Positions 1 to 12,900 of a stretch of DNA of 64,000 nt are shown here, piece by piece. The notes under the pieces were generated by a model. It was given only the letters and a program-made list of their open reading frames with translations. It was not told the DNA's origin and did no database searches. The translations under genes were made by a program, and so were the position numbers. The stretch comes from Lytechinus pictus (lineage: Eukaryota). Every line of letters starts with the position of its first letter. Position 1 is the stretch's first letter. The DNA is taken from positions 29,948,001 to 30,012,000 of the forward strand of contig NC_087245.1 of assembly GCF_037042905.1 (NCBI RefSeq). Reading direction: 5' to 3'.

Positions 1-786
1 ATTTTTTTTAAAAGAAGATTTGTGTAATGTCTTTAATATGAGTTTAGTGAGAAAGCACAAAGGTTTGCCCCTTTCTCATGAATGAACATAATTATGGATA
101 TTGACAATAACCAATAGTTCCCAGATGGAGTATATGTGTGACCCAGTAACTTCCAGTAGCTATTGGGCAATTTCATGAAATGATCAACCTTTTTGTACGT
201 CCGACCCCCATTTTCAAGTCTTACTTCACTTAAGAAACTGACCAAGGCATGGTCCTTTGAGACATGTTACAGACTATCAAAAGAACAAGAAATCAGAGAG
301 GGAGTCGGATGTGCATATTTTATGGAATCGCCCTATTATGTGTTAGTATTATCTCTCTCCACTTATTAAACAAAGCGCCTGACAAGAAGGCAGAAGGTCC
401 TTAGTACATGTATGTTGCTGTTTAGGATCAAATCCACAAGTTACCATTCATGATCTCTACTACTGAGCCACCATGCCTGGGGTGGCGTTTCATAAAGATT
501 AAAGTGTGAATTAAAATCATGCTTAAATACCGACGTGCACATGATATTTAACAAGCAATCAAATTGGTTAATCCCCAGAAATGCGCATCCTCTTAGCATG
601 ATATTACCAGTGTTTTGATGCGTTATATACCGCCCGCAGCCAGGAATCTAGGTGCAACTTTGAGTCATACTTAAATCTTTGTGATCTCTTGGTGGTATTA
701 AGTACAAAGAACTAATTGTTGAATATTCTTACTTGAAACCAACTGGAAATCATGTAATCCCTGCTCCCTCTTCCATTTTATACTAG

Positions 787-922
787 GGAGAGAATGCACA
801 TTCCGGCTTCCCTGAGATAGCGTTTAGTCGGTACAGTGATACGCTAATCCAGAAGGGGTACCGTGTTGCTCGGGTGGAACAGACGGAGACCCCAGATATG
901 ATGCAGGAAAGAATTAAAAACA
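787..922 (+). CDS. MSH6: MSH6 exon ([18 protein letters not shown]...MQERIKN)
   Basis: tag acceptor, gtaagt donor; mismatch-binding domain sequence. Confidence 0.93.
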
Positions 923-3900
923 GTAAGTTAATAATACCATATATTATTTCTTTATTTCATGTTCATGATAATGACTTTCATTCAACTGCCATGCATGAGA
1001 AATGAAGGCACATAGAGTCTATATCTTAATATTTATGTATTCATTTCTTCATGGTTCAACAGCTTACATGGTATGAGTAGGATAACAGCAAGCATGGGAA
1101 TAATAAAAATTAAAGTGGACACACTTTGAAAATAATTTTGGCTAAATTTGGCATAGTTTGATGGGAAAGGGTATGTATAAGTTATTTAAGTAGATAAAAT
1201 GCTTAAAAACCAAATTAATTTCTTGAAAATAACTTTGGATAGAATCCATTTTCCTTTCTGAACTTGGGAATAATTGGTTGCAAAGCTGCAGTTATGTCAC
1301 AGGAAGAAGATGGTTTTGAATAGTCATTAGTAAGAAATCTTGAATAATTTTCATGGTGATCATCTTTCATCAGTGTCATCATCATTGTCATCACCACCAC
1401 CACCATCGTCATCATCATCATCATGATCATCATCATCATCATCAATCATCATTTTATGCAACTTAAGTTTATTCATTCCATTTCATTTTTTCTTTTCAGT
1501 GAGCAGATCTGTAACAAAATTTGACAAAGTTGTCAAGAGAGAGATATGCAGGATTTCAACTCAAGGTATGTTGTTTACCTCTGTTCTATTTTTTTTCTTT
1601 TCTCTATGTTATTTATCATAATTATGTGGACATTTTCTTGAGCTCCTTACTGTATTTAAAATTTGTCTTGCTTCCTAATCCACAACTTATCTACAAACAT
1701 TCTGGCCCATATTCTTAACTCGGGTTTGAATCGACCTCTGTTTTGTATAAGTTGTGGGTCAACTATGGAAAGCCTATTGTGACAAAATTATCTAAAAGTA
1801 GATGTTTGATTTATGGGACACTGACACTGAAATTATTCTCAAACTGTCTTGGAATGATAAATAGGATAGTTGTCTTCATTTAATGAAAATGGGAAAGATC
1901 AAAGCAAATATAATAAAATACAATGTAAACAAAATTTTGACATCTTAGGCTTAGACTTAGACCGTGATCTAAGATAATCAGACTTCATAATATAGGTCGC
2001 TGTATTTGACCTCATATCTTGCTTCGTGAAATCATTTATAACATAGTGTATCATTAATAGTCTGTAAACAGTGTTAGTATATGTATTCATTCCTTATTCC
2101 TTATAATCGTCACAATGACTCTTGAACTTTGATTACTTCTTTCCTTCTCCTGACATAGCGACAAGAACCTATAACTTTATAGATGGTGATACATGTGAGG
2201 CACAGAGCAGCTATCTTCTTGCAGTCACTGAGAGGCAGAGTGACGGGAGCTTCGGTGGGGAGAGTGTCTACGGTGTATGCTTTGTGGAAACATCCATTGG
2301 CAAATTCTATGTGAGTAGTTCTCATCGATATGGAATACATCTGCTCTTGAGAATTTTGTGGTTAGGATTGATTGATGTACGGGGCTGCTATTCAATGCTT
2401 GCAACAGAAAATTATCATTTTACTTAGGTTTTTGTTTGGAAAATATACTTTGTCAAGTTTTGTATTTGGTTCATGATTTTGGCTTCGTATTTGAATCTAT
2501 ATTTATGTAACCTAATGAGGAGATGTAAGCCAATTAATTTGAAAATCTGTTTTTGTGCACGTCCGAAATAAGAAACTAATGTTAGTGTAAGAAGTAGGCT
2601 TCGGTAAGAAGTCTCGGTCATATGTTGGTACCACATTATACACTAAATAGACTAAGAACTGAAATTTTTCTGGCATGATGAAGACAGTATGACGTGCTGA
2701 AAAAGATGTGTTTATTATTTCCTATCACTTCTGTAAATTTTTTTAAAGGATTTTTTTGGTTGGAATTTGATGAAGTAGTATTTCATTTCTTGTTTCCTTT
2801 AAATATTTATTGCATTTTGCTTATGACTCATGATTTGTTTCTGTTGGCCATTCTGTTTTATTTTGTTTATAGATTGGTCAGTTTGAGGATGACCGTCATA
2901 GTTCTAGATTCAGGACACTGATAGCTCACTATCCCCCTTCCCAGGTATGTGATATTCACACACTAATGTTCCTTTCATGGGTGTTTTACAATAATTTTTT
3001 AATTCAAATATGGACCCAAAATAAAAATGTGTAAACCAGATTTATAGTATGTTTGTTTGCTGAGAGAAGGCATGTAATTAGAGTGACAAAACTTGGCAGA
3101 AAAGAAGGAGACCCTTATGTGTATTGTTGATAAAGACCATTATGTGTGTTGTTAATAAAGACCATTATGTGTATTGTTAATGCCAAAAGAAAACTACTAT
3201 TCAGAAGTGTCTGATTTGATGGGGAGGTGAATTTTTCAATTTTGGATTCTAGGTTGATTTGTGTGTATTTACACCAATATTGTAGTATTTCTGCCACGTT
3301 TTGTCACTAATTTGCATGCCTTCTCTTACCATATGGACATACTATATTTGTTTTCACTCCCCAATTATTTGAAGAACCCTGTCCAGCTGACAGGTTTGAG
3401 TTAGCAGGGCAGATTGACAAAATCCTGTAACTCCTTCCGAGTAACCAACATATCAGTCTTCAAATATTTTTCCTTCAGAGTTTGTTGAAAAATCCTCCTA
3501 GTTCTAATTAGTCACTTGCATATTGTAAATTCTATAAAATGATAATTTTGGACACCATTCTTACTTTACTGCATGAACCACTCGAGTCATGGTCATATCC
3601 AAGTGTTACAACTTTCCATTTGAGCTGTAAAAGTGAGCCCATTCATTTCAGGAGAGTCCCACATGTAGGGTAACAGACATACAGAATGCCCTTATTCAAT
3701 ACCTGTCACCATAATTTTTACTGACAATGTTTTGTTATCAGAGCAGAAACAGTTCTTTCAATGTCTCATAAAATTTACCTGCTTATCAGATCACTGATGT
3801 TTCATGATACGCCCCGCAGGTTTTGTTTGAACGCGGCAAGCTCCTCGGGAAGACCCAGCAGCTCCTGTCCAGTAACCTGATGTCCGTCCTCAAAGACTCT

Positions 3901-6900
3901 CTCCTTCCTGGATCTGAGTTCTGGGATGCTGCTAAGACACTGAAGGTACTCAAGGAGAAGGATTACTTTGAGGATAGCGAGAGAGACAAGGATGAAGAGG
4001 AGAAGGAAAGACTGAACTGCTGGCCAGATGAACTGAAAGAGATGCTGTCAGATGGTAGGATTTAATGTTGATGATGATGGTTATAATAATATAATATGCA
4101 ATGTTTGTATGATATACTGTATATATATGATATATATCTGCACTGATCATACAATTTCACTTTGATATATCTAAGTGCTATGATTTAAGAAAATTGTATA
4201 ACTCTCCATTACCCAAAATTGTAGACTCTGATGATTTTGAATCCATATAAAAGTCGTTCGATCATCGTATGTAACTGTGAGGAGATCATACATTTAGCAG
4301 GATACGATCACCCTACAGGCACCCTACTATAACTGACATATTATTTACATTATGAAAAATAATATATAATACAGAGATGCCAGTCTTCAAGTTATGTATT
4401 CTAAAGCACATTGTGTTCTATCTTCTTTTCATGACCAGTGCGTAAAACTGACAGGCATAGTTGGACGTAGTCATGAAAGAATGTGCAAAAAGAGTCTTTA
4501 AAAGCTTTTAGTTTCGCATAGAGAAGTTCAGTAGACTCTGCATATGCTGACCTTCCATAAGTGGAAAAATATCCTAATTTGAAGCATTATTTCAGACCAA
4601 AATATGCAAAATTGTTTTACTAATATCTTCTTAGTCAAATTTCACCCAAGTCGAACAAAGTTGTGTTGCCCAGAGAGATTTTTAGGAAGACTGACCTGTA
4701 TTCTATTGTTCAAATAATTTGTTAATCATTTCTTTGTTTTAGCTGATTCTCTTGGATTGACTCCTAAGGAGGGATGTGAGATGGCCCTATCTGCTCTTGG
4801 GGCATGTACATGGTAAGAGAGCTAAGTTAGATTGTAGAGATAGTATTTCACTATACATTCCTGTAGTTTACATCTGGCTCTACACACGATCAATTCCCGA
4901 AGGGGGTCAAATTTTTACCATATCCCTGCAAAATAATATCATTGGTATATAAAATAAAAAACTAACTGATCTTTCATCGGGGATTTTGGGCAGTAGTAAA
5001 AATTCATACCCCTCAATGATCTTGAGACTATGGGCATACTATTTTCTCTCTCTTCGGGGGAGGGGGGGGGGGTAGGCCTATCGTCTCAAGTTCACTTCGG
5101 GGCAATAATTTTTACTGTTGCCCTAATGAGCTTTCCCTATTTGTATAATACTGTGGTGACTTTGTTGACTAGCATGGATACAATGCTCAAATATGAAAAA
5201 CAAGGATTCCATGGAATTTACAATCTAGTGGCAAATTTATCTAATGGGGTCCAGGGCTGGTATACAATTCAAGTCAAAATTACCTTTTTACTTGGCTGAG
5301 CAAAATGCTTCTACTTGTATGCATATCACTTTTAAGTATTTTACTTTATCAAGCCAAATTTAAGAAAAAATAATCACAAATAAAAATTGTGACATTACCT
5401 CTATTAAAAAGCAAAATATTACACAATGTATGTACCAGTTTCCTCTCTTTTTATGATTTCACTTATTTATTAAGTATCAAATTGAATTGGCGCCCAGGTG
5501 TTTTTTTTTAAGCAGGTTTGATTGATCTATCCTGGCAGGTACCTCAAGAAGTGCTGTCTGGAGCAGGAGCTGTTGTCCATGAGGAACTTTGAGGTGTACA
5601 AACCTCTAGATGCAGAGCCCACCAAACCCTCCTCACCCCTCCCAACCTTCACATCTAAACAACACATGGTGAGATTATCTAGACCAGGGATAAAGGGGCC
5701 AGTTGGACCCCATTGAAACCAGGGGCCTGTTTCATAAAGGACTTCCAACTGTTGTAACTTTGCCATAGTGGCAACTACAATGGTAACAGGGCTCAGCAGC
5801 CAATCATAATCGAGGTTACCATGCTAGTTGCCATAATGACAAAATTACAACAGTTGCAAGTCCTTTATGAAACGGGGCCCCTGAAAGGGTCAGAGTGAAC
5901 TGGGGCCCGTTGCAAAAAGAGTTGCAATCAATCGCAACTCCAAAAATCATGCGCAACTTGATTTTCAACCAATCAACAGCGCGCATTTTTGACTTGCGTT
6001 TAAACGCAACTCTTTCTGCAACGGGCGCCTGGAGACTAGTGGTGTAATGAGCCCCCAAAATGAGGGCGCCAGATATGGCGAATGGGGCAGAATGTATACC
6101 TAGACTCTTTTTCTTTACAGATGGGTGTTTCATAAAGCTGTATGTAAAGTTACGCACAGCTGCATGCTAGACTGGATTATGTGCTTTTGTGACAGGTCAG
6201 TTACATAGGGATATATCATGTAGCACGAGAAAGGGTCACCAGTCGTGGGTTAAGTCATTTGTAACTTAAAAACAGCTTCATGAAACATCAGCTAGGTTCT
6301 CTCTGAAGTTCTTGGAAACATAGAAAACTCTTTGATTTTATTCCAAGAAATTTGACTTGTAGGTAGTAACATCTTTTGCATATAATATTTGGTCTAAAAC
6401 TGGATATGACTCTGGAAGTTTTATTCTGATAGAATAATCGCAATATCTTGAGTTATACAGTAATTTCACCCAAAATAATGCAAGTCAGTATCACACATGA
6501 TTATGTACATGTGGTGAATGCCTATAATCTGCCCCAGCGTCAGGGGTCATGAAAACATATATATGCATATTATTTGCATATTGAGACAAGAATTTGTCTT
6601 GTTGATTATGTTGATACTGATCAAAGTCATGAATATTTGTGTATTTTTTTATTTTTATTTTTTATTTTTTTGGGGGAGGGGGCATACTGATTAATTTTCT
6701 CAAAATGTATAGTTGCTTATTTATTATTTATGAATTATGTTTTAAGGTCCTAGACAGTATAACACTGAGCAACCTCGACATCATTGAGAATAGCAGCACC
6801 GGGACAAAAGAGGGCACCCTGCTGGAGACTCTAGATCGCTGTCGGACACCATTTGGGAAGAGGCTGTTCAAACAATGGCTCTGCACCCCTCTGTGCAATC

Positions 6901-9900
6901 CGAAATCTATCAGTGATAGGTTGGTATATTCCTCGCGTAAAAATATCTTCTTTTTTTTAAGATTCATTCTTTAGAGCAGAGCTTTTATGTAGTATTTGTT
7001 ATGTAGAGTATATTTAAAAAAAAGTTTAAGCAGAATGTCACTGATTTGGATCCCCATTTTAAAGGAACTCCACTGCTTACCCCTATTCCAATACATTCAG
7101 TTTAAAGTCTGTTTATATCTACAAAATTCTTAATCATTTGACACCTGAATATCTTATAACACAACCTAAGTATAGTAGTCCTGATAGACTGCTTAATTAC
7201 TGGTAGACTTTGTATTCCCTGTCGAAACTCCTCTGCTGAAAAAAGTTTTGCTAAATCAGCTGCCAAGACATTAAATCTTCCCTTAAAACATACCTTTGTT
7301 CCAGTAATTTATTTTTCTATTAATCTTTAATGTTGTTTTAGACTGGATGCCATTGAAGATATCCATAACAACCCAGACATTGTAGGAGAAGTTGCGGAAC
7401 TCATCAAAAAGCTGCCTGATCTTGAAAGACTACTCAGCAAGTAAGTACAGTAGAAGATTACTAACTGTGTTCTCAGCATCACAAAATATGCACTTTGCAA
7501 ACTTAATTATCATGCAAGAGTCTGTAGTATTAGTCTGCAAGCTAAACCCTTTTCAACTTAAATACAATTGTGCTCAAATGTTAGTGAACCCTACCACAGA
7601 ATGCACTCCTTCATGCTGAGTGTTGAATGCAGACAACAACACTACAATGTCCAGTAAGTCCAGAAAAAACAATGTTCTATTTTATCACCTGACTGTACAA
7701 TTAAATATAAAAAACATGGCAGAATTTGAACAATTTAAATATGTTCATTTTCTGGTGGGGTTCACTAACTTTTGAGCACCACTGTATATATTCCATGCCC
7801 AGTATTTAGTTAAATGATTTGATTATTCAGTGACTACCTGTGCATTATTCCTATGGATATACTCTTCTTCAAAGTCGTTTCTTTTACCAGCCGACTTGAA
7901 GGCACAGATGTAGGTATTTTAAAGACATTTCCTTTGGCTTTGATATCTTAGGATCCATACTCTTGGTTCATCCAAGAGGAACTCGGACCATCCAGACAGC
8001 AGAGCCATTTTCTTTGAAGATGCAGTGTATAGGTAAGAAACTTTCCTTCTTTATGCTGCTTCTGCTGGTGATGATGAAGAAAATGAAAATGGAGATGATG
8101 AAGAAAATGAAAATGGAGATGATGGTGATGGTGATGTTGATGATGGTGATGTTGATTATGATGGTGATGATGGTGATGATGACGATAACACAGGTGATGG
8201 TGATAAAGATTGGTAACCATTATGATGATGAAGATGATGATGGAGATGGTGGTGGTGGGGAAGATGATGGTAATGATAATGACAATAATGACAGTGAAAT
8301 AAAGATGATGATAGCAGTGGTGACAATAACATGTTGATGAGGATCTCATCACGTTCTAGTTGGAGATACGACTGGAGATATAAATGCCTCATTGTGATTA
8401 AAAAAATATACCAATGATTTCATTTGTAAAAAAAATCAATAGAGGCTGAGAGGCCGTACATTCTTTCCTTGAGGAATTATTATAGGGTTAACCTGTACCT
8501 GTATTATTTTCTTTTCTTTCTTTCAGTAGCGAACATAATATTGTTTGGGGATGAATGATTAAGTCATCCCCCCCCCTCCCGCTTGAATAGCGTGACATCA
8601 TGTACCTACGACAGTGTTCTTTTATATCTCTTTTTTCAAAGCAAAAAATTTTGTTTGTCTGTTTTTTCTGTAGTAAACGTAAGATCAGTGACTTCATCAC
8701 TGCACTAGATGGCTTTGAGAGTGGTCTCAAGGTCGTTAAACTCTTCAAGAAAGCTGTGCCAGATGTTAGGTAAGTCTGTTCTCTCATCTTGGACGATAGT
8801 TATGATTGAGAGGAAGAAGAGGAGAGAGAGGGGGAGGAGTAAGAAGATGATGTATTAATAGACAAATTTACTGTTGACATGTTCAAATTAGTACAGATAT
8901 AATCACGTTTTCTGTATGCTATTTTGCCATAATGAAACACATATTATGTAATTTCTCTATTAGCTCAAAGCGAACTCCTCAATTACCTGTTAATTTCCTA
9001 GATTTGTCCCTTTACCACACAGATTTATTGCCAGAAGTTATACCTGAAACTACATGTCTTATGTGAATGTTATCCCACTAACCTGTACCGATTCAAACTT
9101 TGATATGCAATGTATAAATTATATTTTCTCCTTCGATCTTTGATTCGACCCAAGGTCATCATTACTAAAGGCTTGTGTATCTCTGAAGTTGACTGGAGGC
9201 AAGTACCCTGACTATGCGGACACCTTGGAGTTCTTTGAGGTTCGTTCATTTGTTACATAAACAGAGCTACCAACTATTACAAAAATGTTTTACTTAGTAC
9301 AATTCTAGGATATGAATGTAAAATATGAAAGAGCTTTTAAAAAGTACGAATTAAGGGTTGAAAAGAGTAAAAGGAAATAAAGGGTAGAGGTGAAGGAGCT
9401 ACTTTCGCATAAGGAATACATGTAAACATGATATTGTATTGAAACACACATACGAGAGCCCGAGATTGTGTGCTTGATACGAGTATGTGTGCTATACAAT
9501 GGAGGCACTGGCGGATCCAGGGGGGGGGGGCACAGGGGGCACGTGCCCCCCTTTTGAGATATAAAAATGCCATTAAAACAGAGGTGTGCACCCCCACTTT
9601 TGAAATTGAAGACCTTTTTTTTTACTTGTCAAATTATTTTGGATACAAAATATCCTTAATTTGTGGTTGAAAACCTTTATTTTTTTTGCTTGCCAACTTT
9701 TTCGGGTACGAAATATCCTTAATTTGTGGTTGAATTTTTTTTTTATTTTCTTCCGAAAAATTTGCCCCCCCCTTTTGGAAAATCCTGGATCCGCCCCTGA
9801 ATGGAGGTTAGTAGCATACCTTAGGAGTTTCGACAATGCTGCGGTTGGCAGCCATGCCAAAGCCGTACCAAAATTGGCGCAGAAGTGAGACACTGCAACG

Positions 9901-12900
9901 ATGCAACAGTTGCACTGGGATTTATGTTTCTTGCAGACGTTGATCATATGACTTTGTCTTTAAGGTTTTTTTAAGGATATATTGATATACAGAAAGTTGC
10001 TGTCGAAAAAGAGGGCTCTTCCATTTCAGAAAAAATACCACGTACTCATTGCGAAAGAGAATGTTGAATCTCCTGTGCCCTTGGTTTCAAAACTCTTTTG
10101 TTATAATTGCCATGAATCTTCCATGGAAACTTGTCATTGCATGTCTGCCACAAGGATAGACACTGCATACTGTGCAGATCATGTGACATGTTACTGATCC
10201 AGAAGTCTGGCATCTTTGATGGGGATTTTCCTCGCTCCTTCAAAGTGGAGGGATTCCGCTTGGCTGTGATGTCACAACTTCTGTCATGTGGACCATGCCA
10301 TGGAGACCACAGAAGAAGTTTGTTCTTATTATTCCTTCCCGCTTTAAGTTCTTCATCTAGATTTGCCCATCTTTCTATCACACCTGGGGTCCGTTACACA
10401 AAGGTTTGCGATGAATTGCAAATATGAAAGAACCGCACTCATTGGCTCCCAGTCAGTATTTTAAACATAGTGCGCATGCAAGGATGATCTTGATTAGTTG
10501 CAAACCTTTGTGTTACGGAGCCCTGGTAGAGTTTTTTCCCTGTAGGTCTCCAAGTCCAAAAGGTAATTGAACTTTGACCTGGTGACATGGTACTAGGAAT
10601 CTGGTACAGAAGATTCTGTGATTAAGAGTTCTTAATAGATGGTCTCTAGTCTATTGAAGGCTGCTAATGTCCTGCAGTATTTCTTTGAAGACATCAAGGG
10701 TGCCGTTTGCAGATTTGATGGCAAGGTTAAGATAAGGCTTTCATCTCGTATTGCAACTCAACCACTTGAATTTTTCTTCAAAGTTTCATGAAATGAGTTT
10801 TCCAACTTTGCTTCAAAAGTATTTTTCTGCATAAGCTATATATGTACGATATATTAACAGAAATATGTCAAGAGACAGAATAATCAACTCAAATATGCAG
10901 ACCTTGAACACTGAGCTTGCAGCCGCGGCAGTATCGGATTATCAAGATATTACATAGAAATTTCAAATTTTCTGTGGAGAAAGTATTGTAGAAATATAGA
11001 TCATGCAGTAAAAATGCTTTTGAAGCAAAGCATGGGCATACAGATGGGGGGGGGGGGGGGGCTTTTTAATGACTAGAAAAGGAAAGGGACAAGGGTGAAA
11101 TAAATTTTTTCTGAATAATAGGTCAAAATCTATCACAAACTTTGATTTTTGTAATAAAAAATGTTGAAATTTTTGCTTGCTCGCAATTTTTTATTACTTT
11201 TATGTGATATGCCATATCTAGCCCCCTCAAAATTTTTTGCTTATTACACCACTGAAGCAAAGTTAGAAAACTCATTTCATGAAATTTTGAAGAAGATAAA
11301 GAGCTGTACTTAATTCGAATGCAAAGTAAACATCTAGTCCAGAAAATGTTTAGTTGCATTGCAATGTGTCAGGATTGATGCCACAGCACTTCAGGGAAGT
11401 TTTTGATGTGTATTTAAAGCGCTTCCTCTGATCACCATGAGAGCGCTTTCCTTGTCATATTTAAATGACATAAAGATACAAACTAATAATAATGGCATCA
11501 TGTATTTGAAAAAAAATTATCTCAGATTTACCTTTGTTTGTTGTGTTTCAGACTGCGTTTGATCAGAAGAAAGCAAAGGAAAAAGGAGCCATCATCCCAT
11601 GTAAGGGTGTCATCCCAGAATATGACAATGCCATCTCCGACATGGCTGACACCAAGGACAGGCTCCAGGAGTACTTGGAGAAACAGAAAAAGAGGCTTGG
11701 CTGCAAGGTAGGTTTCTATCCTCTCTGGTCATTTATTCATTACACTTTTGTGTTTGCAGTCTTGGTAATTATTTATTAGTCAGCACTTAGAAATATCTGT
11801 ATTAAGCACCATATAAAGGTTATTGTTGTTTTTGCTGTTGTTATCATTATTGTTAATATTATTATTATTATCATCATCATTATTTGCATCACAGTAATTT
11901 AAAGCGTGGCTGCACACACTATGCCATCTGTTTTCTATGTGGTTTTCAAAGTAATTGTAATCTTGTCTGATATGAAATCCAATGTATGAAATACTTGGAG
12001 ATCCAAGTAGTGGTATGAACACTAAATTTGATATTACACTCTATTCCGACCGTCTCTTCTATGAATAAACGCAAATTCAATGACATACTAAAATCCTTGA
12101 ATCTGATTGGCTTACAGCAAATTTGTCAGAGGAAATCACTATTTCCTTCACAAAATACCCCAGGAGTGATCTCAGCACTAACACTGAGCATAATGTTTTC
12201 TATAGAGATGTCAGGGATTCCACTCACTGTTATCCTCCTCCTTTTATCACAAAGAACATTGTCTACTGGGGCACGGCCAAGAACCGATTCCAAATGGAGA
12301 TCCCGGAGTCTGCCCTCTCTCGCCATATTCCCGAAGAGTATGAGCTCCAGTCCTCCAAGAAGGGTTACAAACGCTACTGGTCTCCGACGATTCAGAAGCT
12401 GCTAGCGGACATGATGAACGCAGAGGACAGGCGAGATGCTGCCCTCAAAGACTCAATGAGGAGAGTCTTTCATAAATTTGATGAGCAGTAAGTTGATGTT
12501 GCTTAAAACCTAGAGAGATTATGCAATTCAGTATTGAACAAGTTAAGGCAAAATATTCCTTAATCTGTCATAATACATGTTAAATTTTAACATATGCCTT
12601 CTGAATACGTAACAGGAAGGCAAATTATCTTTATTGTTTTGGAAGTCGGAAGGTCAAAGATGGCAGAGGTCATTATATTAATATATCAAATTTTTTAAAT
12701 TTTATTGTTATATAGTTATTTTTTGGTGATGGTTTAATTTATTTTGATTAATTGACTTGGTGGTTATGGTTTTTTACCCGATTGCTAAGAAAGCATGAAT
12801 GCTTGCAAGCAAGTAACCAGAGGACTGAAAGCCAAATGTCCTCTCTGAGGAACCTGGTAATGAGGATAAATACCTTTAATACCAAAGGGCCCTAGAGCAT

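Noticed and set aside
7948..8392. Poly-His / poly-Met ORFs (also 1215-1445)
   Set aside because: Translations of intronic (GAT/CAT)n microsatellites; no independent coding signal.
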